A stretch of 64,000 bases of DNA. Source: Eukaryota sp. GEM-RC1 (taxonomy: Eukaryota). Positions 37,245 to 49,700 of this stretch are shown here, piece after piece (within the stretch, counting starts at the first letter, position 1; every line of letters starts with the position of its first letter). The DNA lies in assembly GCA_040285855.1 (NCBI GenBank), contig JAUFOQ010000002.1:3286001-3350000 (forward strand), in the 5' to 3' direction. A program made the translations under genes and the position numbers. Below the pieces are notes generated by a model. That model searched no databases. It was given only the letters and a program-made list of their open reading frames with translations, and had not been told where the DNA came from.

Positions 37245-38656
37245 GGCCAAAGAAAAAAATCCAGCGTTCTCAAATTGTTTAATCGATTTGAAGGACAGTT
37301 CTTCAGTTGCTTTGATCAACCAAATTCCACAGATTTATGGATTTTTGTTGAACGATCATCAATGAACTGCAACATTCATACTTCGATGTTTCTTGTGGCC
37401 CTCTAATTTACCTAATGATCTTCAATGTAAATCTCTTGAAATCAAAAATTCACAAAATAGTGATTCTGATAAGACTTTTGGTAAAAGAAGAGCTGATGTA
37501 ACAGTTCCATCAATCAATGATGAACTAACGGTTGTTGTTGTAATTACTGTGGATGTTTGCAAAGAACGTGCATTTAAGGATGCTAAAAATGAAGTGTCTC
37601 CGCTTGAATTGTCAGAACAATACAAGGGAAACAAGTATGATGTACCATTGACTGCTCTCAAACATACTAGACATGTTGAGTACGAGTTATGTCCTTTTGC
37701 AATTTCAATTTATGGGGCCAAATCACAAAATCCAGCGTTCTCAAATTGTTTAATCGATTTGAAGGACAGTTCTTCAGTTGCTTTGATCAACCAAATTCCA
37801 CAGATTTATGGATTTTTGTTGAACGATCATCAATGAACTGCAACATTCATACTTCGATGTTTCTTGTGGCCCTCTAATTTACCTAATGATCTTCAATGTA
37901 AATCTCTTGAAATCAAAAATTCACAAAATAGTGATTCTGATAAGACTTTTGGTAAAAGAAGAGCTGATGTAACAGTTCCATCAATCAATGATGAACTAAC
38001 GGTTGTTGTTGTAATTACTGTGGATGTTTGCAAAGAACGTGCATTTAAGGATGCTAAAATGAAGTGTCTCCGCTTGAATTGTCAGAACAATACAAGGGAA
38101 ACAAGTATGATGTATTATTGACTGCTCTCAAACATACTAGACATGTTGAGTACGAATTATGTCCTTTTGCAATTTCAATTTATGGGGCCAAATCACAAAA
38201 TCCAGCGTTCTCAAATTTTTTAATCGTATTGAAGGACAGTTCTTCAGTTGCTTTGATCAACCAAATTCCACAGATTTATGGATTTTTGTTGAACGATCAT
38301 CAATGAACTGCAACATTCATACTTCGATGTTTCTTGTGGCCCTCTAATTTACCTAATGATCTTCAATGTAAATCTCTTGAAATCAAAAATTCACAAAATA
38401 GTGATTCTGATAAGACTTTTGGTAAAAGAAGAGCTGATGTAATAGTTCCATCAATCAATGATGAACTAACGGTTGTTGTTGTACTTACTGTGGATGTTTG
38501 CAAAGAACGTGCATTTAAGGATGCTAAAAATGAAGTGTCTCCGCTTCATTTGTCAGAACAATACAAGGGAAACAAGTATGATGTACCATTGACTGCTCTC
38601 AAACATACTAGACATGTTGAGTACGAATTGTGTCCTTTTGCAATTTCAATTTATGG
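37245..38656 (+). repeat. Tandem array of 3 monomers
   Basis: ORF starts at 37393, 37864 and 38334. Confidence 0.95.
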
Positions 38657-40268
38657 TCAACTTGGTAAAAAGCTCTCTATTTTCTCTCTGATTTTGAGAA
38701 AGTTGCCAAAAACAGAATGAACAAGAAATTTGATTTTATGTTTCAGTTTTCAGTTTTGGTTGAATCGTATCGTTTTTACAATATTTACAACAATTCCTAT
38801 TATGATATCAAAAGCTCTTTTAGCTCTCAGTATTTTTTATGACGAAAAAGCTTATGTGAGTTTTAATGGCATTGACTGTTGCTTTAATGTTATTGAGTTC
38901 TAGTTCTTCTGTATATCTTCTCAAAAAGTTGATAAAGGCTCATCCAGAGATTTTGGACTTGCACGTGGCAGGAATTTGATCTCTGACAGCATCATTAATA
39001 CAAGTTCCATAAGTAATGAAATTATTGCAACTCAAAAGGTGAGAAAAAGTAACTAATTTACCACATTTACATTGAAGATCATTAGATTAATAGTATTTGT
39101 GTTTATCTTAGTGTTTTGTTCCATAAACAAAGAGTTGCTTTAATGATATTGAGATCTAGTTTTGTGTTTTTCTTCCTGTTTTTGTTCCATAAAGTGGATA
39201 AAGACTCAGCAAGAGATTTAGGACTTACACATCTGACAGCATTGAGAATGCAAGTTTGAATTGTGGTTACAACTCAAAAGGAAAAACGGGGTTTATGATC
39301 AATCAGTGAAATCAATGCATTTGCAGAAATTCATAACTAACAGACACTAACTAAAGTATCTAAACTATGGTTCTTCTGTCCATTTTTTGAAACGAATTAT
39401 TTATTCTAAATGTAATAGACAATAACACTACAGTGTACATACATCTAGTAATCAATATCCTCAAGGTCCAGATTGCCTAACTGGATATTTTCACCTACCT
39501 TATCTTCATAATGTCTGCCAAGAGAAAATAAAGCGCTAGATACAGAAGTGACCATACCTTTAAAGATAACAAACACGATTCGATTTTTCCAAAATGTAAG
39601 ATCAAAAGTCCTAGATGTTTTTTCTTTTACAATTTCATAGTTTGTACGAAGGTTACCTTATTGGGTGCCGAATAAACATGTTTCATCTTCACAAAGATTT
39701 CAAGTAATAAGTAATAGTAATCTTCTGTCCATCACCGAACAACTTACCTAAAATTGAATTAAAATATCTGTGAATTAAACAAAAGGTGAGAAAAAGTAAC
39801 TACAATGTACTGTAATTGGCCATTCAATATCAGATTCCATCAGATGCCATTTCATACTACCGACATACTTCAGACATTCAAAATGTTTTAAAAGGTGTTT
39901 TTGGAGTTTCTTAAGAGCAAATTTCAAAGCAGTGATACATCGTTCTGGCATTTCACATATACCAGCTCGGAAACAAGTTTGCCAAAGGTCAGGTGAAATT
40001 AACGACAATTCTTTCATGGCATCACTAGTAGCTTAATTTGACCTGATTCATGTTGCATTTTGATGATCTTTGCTTTTATCGAACAAAAACTGGAACTCAA
40101 CAACATTAAAGCAAACTCGTCATGCTAAAAATTGTTATTCAGGAAAAGTAACTCATCTGCTTCACTCTCTCCCCCCTGTACTTATCTATAACTCATGTGG
40201 AAGCTTTACCAATTCGAACTGACTTTCTTGCATTTTTTGTTATCAGTGGATCCTGCTGCATTGAACAA

Positions 40269-40783
40269 CGTTTTGGTAAACGAAGAGCTGATGTTATAGT
40301 TCCATCAGTTAATGATGAACTAACTGTTGTTGATGTGATTACTGTGGATGTTTGCAAAAAGTGCATTCAAGGATGCTAAAACTGAAGTTTCGCCACTGAA
40401 TTCTTCAGAACAATACAAGAGAAACAAATATGATGAACCACTGACTGCTCTCAAACATATTAGACATGTTGAGTACAAATTATGTCCTTTTGCAATTTCA
40501 ATTTATGGTCGACTTGGTAGAGATGCTCTTTGTTTTCTCTCTGATTTTGAGAAAGTGGTCAAAAAGAATGAACAAGAAATTTGATTTCAAATTTTGGTTG
40601 AATCGTATTGTTTTACAATATTTAAAACAATTCCTATCATGATTTCAAAAGCTCTATTAGCTCTCAGTGTTTTTATGAAGAAAAAGCTGATGTGAGTTTT
40701 AATGGCAATGATTGTTGCTTTAATGATATTGAATTCTAGTATTTGTGTTTATTTTAATGTTTTTAATAAAGGGGATGTAGAAA
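40269..40783 (+). mobile_element. 5'-truncated young lineage-B retrocopy with 11-bp TSD
   Basis: TSD GCATTGAACAA (40258-40268, 40784-40794). It runs from FGKRRAD...VVDVITVD through the stop and an AATAAA-containing UTR. Most other macro-units show the empty site. Confidence 0.92.
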
Positions 40784-41309
40784 GCATTGAACAATCACAT
40801 CTTCATCTTGGTGGTATTGGTTTCACTTCGTCTAAATGGTGGACCAAATCTACTTTCATTGGTGGTGGTAAGAATTTTGTCTTTGAGTTCTGTAGACGTT
40901 ACCCAAGTCAAGAAAATCTTCTTGTTTCGACAAGTAGTGTTTTCTTGGTAAATTTGAGATCCTAATTATCGCTAATTTCACCTGGCCTCTGGCAAACTTG
41001 TTTTCCAGCAGATATTTGTGAAATACCGGAACGATGTGTCACTTCTTTAATTTTTGGTCCTAAGAAACTCCAAAACACCTTCTAAAACATTTTGAATGTC
41101 TGGATTTTCAAATTCGACTTGGCTCGGTTTTGGTTGAATCGTATTATTTTTACAATATTTAAAACAATTCCTATCATGATTTCAAAAGCTCTATTAGCTC
41201 TGAGTGTTTTTATGAAGAAAAAGCTGATGTGAGTTTTAATGGCAATGATTGTTACTTTAATGATATTGAGTTAAAATCATAAAAAATATATAGGAAAAAA
41301 ACTTGGCTC

Positions 41310-42724
41310 GGCCAAAGAAAAAAATCCAGCGTTCGCAAATTGTTTAATCGATTTGAAGGACAGTTCTTCAGTTGCTTTGATCAACCAAATTCCACAGATT
41401 TACGGATTGTTGTTGAACGATCATCATTGAACTGCAACATTTATACTTCGATGTTTCTTGTGGCCCTCTAATTTACCTAATGATCTTCAATGTTAATCTC
41501 TTGAAATCAAAAATTCACAAAATAGTGATTCTGATAAGACTTTTGGTAAAAGAAGAGCTGATGTAATAGTTCCATCAGTCAATGATGAACTAACGGTTGT
41601 TGTTGTAATTACTGTGGATGTTTGCAAAGAACGTGCATTTAAGGATGCTAAAAATGAAGTGTCTCCACTTGAATTGTCAGAACAATACAAGGGAAACAAG
41701 TATGATGTACCATTGACTGCTCTCAAACATACTAGACATGTTGAGTACGAATTATGTCCATTTGCAATTTCAATTTATGGGGCCAAATCACAAAATCCAG
41801 CATTCTCAAATTGTTTAATCGATTTGAAGGACAGTTCTTCAGTTGCTTTGATCAACCAAATTCCACAGATTTATGGATTGTTGTTGAACGATCATCAATG
41901 AACTGCAACATTTATACTTCGGTGTTTCTTGTGGCCCTCTAATTTACCTAATGATCTTCAATGTAAATCTCTTGAAATCAAAAATTCACAAAACAGTGAT
42001 TCTGATAAGACTTTTGGTAAAAGAAGAGCTGATGTAATAGTTCCATCAGTCAATGATGAACTAACAGTTGTTGTTGTTGTAATTACTGTGGATGTTTGCA
42101 AAGAACGTGCATTTAAGGATGCTAAAAATGAAGTGTCTCCGCTTGAATTGTCAGAACAATACAAGGGAAACAAGTATGATGTATTATTGACTGCTCTCAA
42201 ACATACTAGACATGTTGAGTACGAATTATGTCCTTTTGCAATTTCAATTTATGGGGCCAAATCACAAAATCCAGCGTTCTCAAATTTTTAATCGTATTGA
42301 AGGACAGTTCTTCAGTTGCTTTGATCAACCAAATTCCACAGATTTATGGATTTTTGTTGAACGATCATCAATGAACTGCAACATTCATACTTCGATGTTT
42401 CTTGTGGCCCTCTAATTTACCTAATGATCTTCAATGTAAATCTCTTGAAATCAAAAATTCACAAAATAGTGATTCTGATAAGACTTTTGGTAAAAGAAGA
42501 GCTGATGTAATAGTTCCATCAATCAATGATGAACTAACGGTTGTTGTTGTACTTACTGTGGATGTTTGCAAAGAACGTGCATTTAAGGATGCTAAAAATG
42601 AAGTGTCTCCGCTTCATTTGTCAGAACAATACAAGGGAAACAAGTATGATGTACCATTGACTGCTCTCAAACATACTAGACATGTTGAGTACGAATTGTG
42701 TCCTTTTGCAATTTCAATTTATGG
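41310..42724 (+). repeat. Tandem array of 3 monomers
   Basis: Units start at ~41459, 41929 and 42402. Confidence 0.95.
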
Positions 42725-43134
42725 TCAACTTGGTAAAAAGCTCTCTATTTTCTCTCTGATTTTGAGAAAGTTGCCAAAAACAGAATGAACAAGAAATTTG
42801 ATTTTATGTTTCAGTTTTCAGTTTTGGTTGAATCGTATCGTTTTACAATATTTACAACAATTCCTATTATGATATCAAAAGCTCTTTTAGCTCTCAGTAT
42901 TTTTTATGACGAAAAAGCTTATGTGAGTTTTAATGGCATTGACTGTTGCTTTAATGTTATTGAGTTCTAGTTCTTCTGTATATCTTCTCAAAAAGTTGAT
43001 AAAGGCTCATCCAGAGATTTTGGACTTGCACGTGGCAGGAATTTGATCTCTGACAGCATCATTAATACAAGTTCCATAAGTAATGAAATTATTGCAACTC
43101 AAAAGGTGAGAAAAAGTAACTAATTTACCACATT

Positions 43135-43637
43135 TCGTGTTTGTTATCTTTAAAGGTATGGTCACTTCTGTATCTAGCGCTTTATTTTCTCTTGGCAGAC
43201 ATTATGAAGATAAGGTAGGTGAAAATTTCCAGTTAGGCAATCTGGACTTTGAGGATATTGATTACTAGATGTATGTACACTGTAGTGTTATTGTCTATTA
43301 CATTTAGAATAAATAATTCGTTTCAAAAAATGGACAGAAGAACCATAGTTTAGATACTTTAGTTAGTGTCTGTTAGTTATCAATTTCTGCAAATGCATTG
43401 ATTTCACTGATTGATCATAAACCCCTTTTTTCCTTTTGAGTTGTAACCACAATTCAAACTTGCATTCTCAATGCTGTCAGATGTGTAAGTCCTAAATCTC
43501 TTGCTGAGTCTTTATCCACTTTATGGAACAAAAACAGGAAGAAAAACACAAAAACTAGATCTCAATATCATTAAAGCAACTCTTTGTTTATGGAACAAAA
43601 ACACTAAGATAAACACAAATACTATTAATCTAATGAT
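43135..43637 (-). other. ~500-bp local inversion within one macro-unit
   Basis: Reverse complement of the segment seen at ~39078-39578, with short filler (TCATTATTTTTAA) at the right junction. Confidence 0.9.
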
Positions 43638-45075
43638 TCATTATTTTTAACGATTCGATTTTTCCAAAATGTAAGATCAAAAGTCCTAGATGTTTTTCTT
43701 TTACAATTTCATAGTTTGTACGAAGGTTACCTTATTGGGTGCTGAATAAACATGTTTCATCTTCACAAAGATTTCAAGTAATAAGTAATAGTAATCTTCT
43801 GTCCATCACCGAACAACTTACCTAAAATTGAATTAAAATATCTGTGAATTAAACAAAAGGTGAGAAAAGTAACTACAATGTACTGTAATTGGCCATTCAA
43901 TATCAGATTCAATTTCATACTACCGACATACTTCAGACATTCAAAATGTTTTAAAAGGTGTTTTGGAGTTTCTTAAGAGCAAATTTCAAAGCAGTGATAC
44001 ATCGTTCTGGCATTTCACATATACCGGCTCGGAAACAAGTTTGCCAAAGGTTAGGTGAAATTAACGACAATTCTTTCATGGCATCACTAGTAGCTTAATT
44101 TGACCTGATTCATGTTGCATTTTGATGATCTTTGCTTTTATCGAACAAAACTGGAACTCAACAACATTAAAGCAAACTCGTCATGCTAAAAATTGTTATT
44201 CAGGAAAAGTAACTCATCTGCTTCGCTCTCTCCCCCTGTACTTATCTATAACTCCTGTGGAAGCTTTACCAATTCGAACTGACTTTCTTGCATTTTTGTT
44301 ATCAGTGGATCCTGCTGCATTGAACAATCACATCTTCATCTTGGTGGTATTGGTTTCACTTCGTCTAAATGGTGGACCAAATCTACTTTCATTGGTGGTG
44401 GTAAGAATTTTGTCTTTGAGTTCTGTAGACGTTACCCAAGTCAAGAAAATCTTCTTGTTTCGACAAGTAGTGTTTTCTTGGTAAATTTGAGATCCTAATT
44501 ATCGCTAATTTCACCTGGCCTCTGGCAAACTTGTTTTCCAGCAGATATTTGTGAAATACCGGAACGATGTGTCACTTCTTTAATTTTTGGTCCTAAGAAA
44601 CTCCAAAAACACCTTCTAAAACATTTTGAATGTCTGGATTTTCAAATTCGGCTTGGCTCGGTTTTGGTTGAATCGTATTGTTTTTACAATATTTAAAACA
44701 ATTCCTATCATGATTTCAAAAGCTCTATTAGCTCTGAGTGTTTTTATGAAGAAAAAGCTGATGTGAGTTTTAATGGCAATGATTGTTACTTTAATGATAT
44801 TGAGTTAAAATCATAAAAATATATAGGAAAAAAACTTGGCTCGGCCAAAGAAAAAATCCAGCGTTCGCAAATTGTTTAATCGATTTGAAGGACAGTTCTT
44901 CAGTTGCTTTGATCAACCAAATTCCACAGATTTACGGATTGTTGTTGAACGATCATCATTGAACTGCAACATTTATACTTCGATGTTTCTTGTGGCCCTC
45001 TAATTTACCTAATGATCTTCAATGTTAATCTCTTGAAATCAAAAATTCACAAAATAGTGATTCTGATAAGACTTT

Positions 45076-45449
45076 AGAGAGAGATGTTTATTCGGCACCC
45101 AATAAGGTAACCTTTCTACAAACTATGAAATTGTAAAAACAAACAAATAATACTAAGATTAAATCCAAACGACTTCATCACCACCCGGTAAAAGATTACG
45201 TTTATGTACATGAACCTTCACACCAAACTTGTACAATTTCTCAATTAATCTAGAGAAATAGAAAGGCATATTCCGATATATGGAAAACACTATACGGTTT
45301 TTCCATTCAGCCATTCTAAACTTACGCTTCTTTTCTTTACACAATTCTTCGAAATCCTTGAAAAATTGATCACCAGCAGGACTAATAGATCCAAAAGAGA
45401 AACAGCAAAGATTGAAACACAAATTTGGAATATGAGTTTCTATTTATTT
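45076..45449 (-). mobile_element. 5'-truncated lineage-A retrocopy inserted into a 471-bp monomer
   Basis: TSD AGACTTT (45069-45075, 45450-45456). Near-identical to 9785-10145 and ends AATAAACA(TC)n. Confidence 0.92.
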
Positions 45450-46305
45450 AGACTTTTGGTAAAAGAAGAGCTGATGTAATAGTTCCATCAGTCAATGATG
45501 AACTAACGGTTGTTGTTGTAATTACTGTGGATGTTTGCAAAGAACGTGCATTTAAGGATGCTAAAAATGAAGTGTCTCCGCTTCATTTGTCAGAACAATA
45601 CAAGGGAAACAAGTATGATGTACCATTGACTGCTCTCAAACATACTGGACATGTTGAGTACGAATTATGTCCTTTTGCGATTTCAATTTAAGGTCAACTT
45701 GGTAAAAATGCTCTCTATTTTCTCTCTGATTTTGAGAAAGTTGCCAAAAACAGAATGAACAAGAAATTTGATTTTATGTTTCAGTTTGGTTGAATCGTAT
45801 CGTTTTTACAATATTTACAACAATTCCTATTATGATATCAAAAGCTCTTTTAGCTCTCAGTATTTTTTATGACGAAAAAGCTTATGTGAGTTTTAATGGC
45901 ATTGACTGTTGCTTTAATGTTATTGAGTTCTAGTTCTTGTGTATATCTTCTCAAAAAGTTGATAAAGGTTCATCCAGAGATTTAGGACTTGCACATGGCA
46001 GGAATTTGATCTCTGACAGCATCATTAATACAAGTTCCATAAGTAATGAAATTATTGCAACTCAAAAGGTGAGAAAAAAGTAACTAATTTACCCAGTGTT
46101 GTACCATGACGGCCATAACTGCCATGCGCGCCATGCGTTCCATGCGTCCATAGGCGCATGGCATTTTCTGATTATGGCCGTGTTGTTATGGCGTGTTAAC
46201 ACGTGTTGTTATTCCAACAATGACACTGTACTACATGAGCATGTACAGTTGTTCTATGATACGTATACTTAAAGAATGTTATTTATTAAACCTATATAAA
46301 GAGCT

Positions 46306-46668
46306 CTAATAGTCATAATCGCTATCCATGCTGTATTCTATCCATCTTTGTTTCATAAGACCAGCTTGTTTCTGGAATTTGGAATTAAAGTGCACATACA
46401 CTAACTTCTTAGCTCTTTCGGTGGTGAGCCGGTTCCTTCTGTTTGAGTGAATAAAAGAATAGGAACTCCAAACCCTTTCACATGCTCCTGCTGAACATAC
46501 TTGTGAGATTAACTTAATGGCAAGCTTCTTGACTACACAGGCTGTTGTACCATTTGATTTCCAACATGTAACAGGAGTAACAGAATCATCAAAATCAGAA
46601 CTCGATTCAAATTGATTGTGAAATGAATTGTATGAGAACAGACTTGCACTTACAAACCAATAATACAT
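46306..46668 (-). pseudogene. hAT C-terminal dimerisation-domain fragment
   Basis: KKLAIKLISQVCSAGACERVWSSYSFIHSNRRNRLTTERAKKLVYVHFN; the rest of the transposase is absent. Confidence 0.9.
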
Positions 46669-46760
46669 ACTGAGATATATCGATATCAGGGCTGTCTAAA
46701 AATTAATTTCCCCGTAAATTAATTTTTAATTTTGGTTCCATAAAATACCGTAAATTGAGA

Positions 46761-46965
46761 ATTACGGAAATTAATTTACGGAACTCCAACATTACGGAAA
46801 TTAATTTACGGTTTCAGATTATTACGGAAATTAATTTACGGAACTTGAACATTACGGAAATTAATTTACGGTTTTAGATTGTTACGGAAATTAATTTACG
46901 GTTTCAAATTATTACGGAAATTAATTTACGGAACTTGAACATTACGGAAATTAATTTACGGAACG
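46761..46965 (+). repeat. 30-bp-period subterminal repeats of hAT family 4 (left end)
   Basis: TTACGGAAATTAATTTACGG plus a variable 10-bp linker, 7 units. Confidence 0.93.
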
Positions 46966-47108
46966 TATTACCAATAAAATCAATACACATCAAAATCAAT
47001 CTCAATTATTCAAAATGTAGATAAAGGTGTTGTTATCTATTGGCTTTACAGACAATTGTCCAATCCATGAGAGCAGGTAGTAATTGCGAATTTGTATAGT
47101 CCTTCTTC

Positions 47109-48760
47109 ATGACTAGAGTATCCAAACACCACGCTACTATAGCTCACTTCTTCACCCAACATGATAGGTCTGATATCATTCCTTCAGGAAATCACACACG
47201 TGAGGGATCTCTCTTCTACACATGCAAGATATGTGACCCTGTCTATGGTTTGTGGATTTTTAAAAGGTAAGGGTTATTCTAATTTGACCTATCACTTGAA
47301 AGCCAAGCATTCTGAGGAGGTAGTCATCTTCAATGAGCAATTCACCGATTACTAATTATACTAATGTTGTTGCATCAAAAAGGCACGTAATATATTTGGA
47401 TGGGTAGAGAAGTACATTGAGCAGCAACTCCCATTATCTTTTGTTGGACATCCTATGGAAAGAAAATACTCAAAACTTGAACCTATTTCTCGAACCACCT
47501 TGTCTAAGTACGTTACTCGTCTATACACTGAAGTTTTGCAAGAAATGCAATCTTTGTTACCACCTAGCTTTGGTCTTATGTACGACGGTTGGAAACATGG
47601 ACCTACGTCAACAGAATATGTTGGAATATTTGCATGGGTTGCCAAAGATCACAGACCTATTCTGTTGGGAATGGTTCCTTTTAAGTATGAAAATGATGAA
47701 GAAGAATCTGGAATCTTAGATACTCGCAGAGTATTGCTTGGTGCTGATAATTATGAATGTATTATTTCCACAATCCTATCTGCTTTTGGACGCGAATTTC
47801 AAAACATCGATTTCGTTGTAGCTGACAATGCTGAAGTAAACTCAAGGCTTTCTCGTCAAAATGATGTACCAATGATAGGATGCTACAGCCACAGATTAGC
47901 CCTAGAAATTAAGCTCTTTCTGGAACCTTTTAAACCGCTACTTGAAAAAATTGATGCTTTGTTCACCACAATGCGCACTGTTAAATGTGCAATGATCTTA
48001 AAGCATCTTACTTCTTTAAAGCCGGTTAAAAGAAACACTACTAGATGGTCTTCCACTTTTGAAATGCTAAAACGCTACCTCAGATTTCTTGAACTTGATG
48101 TATTTGCCAGGTTTGATTCTCATATCAGACGTATGTTACCTTCACCTGATGAAGATCGTACTGCTTCATTATTGTTCTTCGATCTACAGAAAATGGAGCT
48201 TTTCACTCAAAGACTCCAGACACAGGGATTGAATCTGTTATCTGGTCAAAGAATTTTTGATTTATTTCACACAGAATTTCCTGACCTTACACACTACACT
48301 GCTCGAACTTCCGAGATAGTGAATGCTCCTGTTTTGAATCAGCTGTAGGAAAAGTTTTGGAAGGAAATGAATTCCTGTTATCAGAACCTGAAAAAACTAT
48401 TCTTATCCCCTTTTTAAAAGATGCTGCAGCTGGTGCTAGACGAACTTCTAGATGCTTACAAACTGAGCTTGACAATGTTGATACCATTGCTAACGGGCCT
48501 GTATCCGACTATAGAGATTTAAGTTGGATACCATGTACATCCAATGATGTCGAAAGGCTCTTTTCTCGCTCAAAGAGAACAATTGGTGATTACAGATGCT
48601 CCATGTCTTCCGCCACTCTTGAAAAACAGCTTTTTTGTTGTACAACCGACATTATTGGGGTGTTGAAACTATCCAAAAGGTACTGGTTTTGCATCAGAAT
48701 GATGATGATGATTCGGAGGACGAACAATCTACATCAGATGTTGATTTGGATTCTGATTAA
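47109..48760 (+). pseudogene. hAT transposase, family 4 (interrupted as assembled)
   Basis: BED finger (CKIC...HLKAKH), MYDGW, VADNA, GCYSH, TRWSST and PCTSNDVERLFS, broken by several homopolymer frameshifts. Confidence 0.92.
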
Positions 48761-49471
48761 CATACCAGTATTCTTTGCTTTTTCCTATTTTTAGTCATGT
48801 CATAGTCTTTCTCTTTTGTTATAATCTTCGCTCTCAATACACTTCATAACATTCTTGTTCTCAATAGTTTCTTCTTAGATCATCTCAAGAGATTGAGTTT
48901 GAGTACTGGCTTTGCACTTCACAGACGATATAGTTCTTGAACAATCAGAGTTTGACAGGCACATCTTATTCGTAGTCAAACAGTGCAATGAACTTTATTT
49001 GCAACAGAAATGGATGTGTTTTACAATACAAGCAATGCCGTAAAAGCTGAAAGTCTGTCAATCTATCAGATCAGTGGGAAGTCGATTAGTCATAGATTCA
49101 GGAGAGAATGAAACATGCGTCTGACATTGTGTTTGAAGTTTCTAACATGAAACCCGTTGTGCTAAGCAGAAAGATCAAGTTTCAAGCACACGAATGTAAT
49201 TGCAAATGATGCTGGAAATGGAAGATCAGAACCTGGAAGACTTAAGTGTGGATAGCTACAAGATAGAAGGACACGTTACAGTGTTTGAGCATATGTATAA
49301 GGAAAGTATGGAAATACAAATGATTTTTTTTGTGACAAATCACAAGTTCCAATTTTGTCCAGCTCTGTAGACTAGATAATTATTGTTTGATAGTAAGGTG
49401 TATTGAAAATTTGGGTATTGAAATTTCAGTATTCATGCGCCTCCAGGACGTCATTTAGGGCTTTCTGATAA

Positions 49472-49700
49472 ATTACGGAAATTAATTTACGGTTTTGAAT
49501 TGTTACGGAAATTAATTTACGGCTAAATCTATTACGGAAATTAATTTACGGTTTTGAATTGTTACGGAAATTAATTTACGGCTAAATCTATTACGGAAAT
49601 TAATTTACGGTTTTGAATTGTTACGGAAATTAATTTACGGGTTGGATTAGTTACGGAAATTAATTTATGGTTTAGTGTCATCGCAAAATTAATTTACGGT
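49472..49700 (+). repeat. ~30-bp-period subterminal repeats of hAT family 4 (right end)
   Basis: Same TTACGGAAATTAATTTACGG core, in the same orientation as at the left end. Confidence 0.93.

Noticed and set aside
46761..46965. CRISPR-like repeat/spacer appearance of the 30-bp arrays (also 49472-49700 and the duplicates)
   Set aside because: The linkers are only ~10 bp and recur, the arrays lie just inside hAT TIRs, there are no cas genes, and the context is eukaryotic.
48790..49440. Second gene or captured cargo in the 3' part of hAT4
   Set aside because: No ORF of 60 aa or more in either copy, and no motif recognised.
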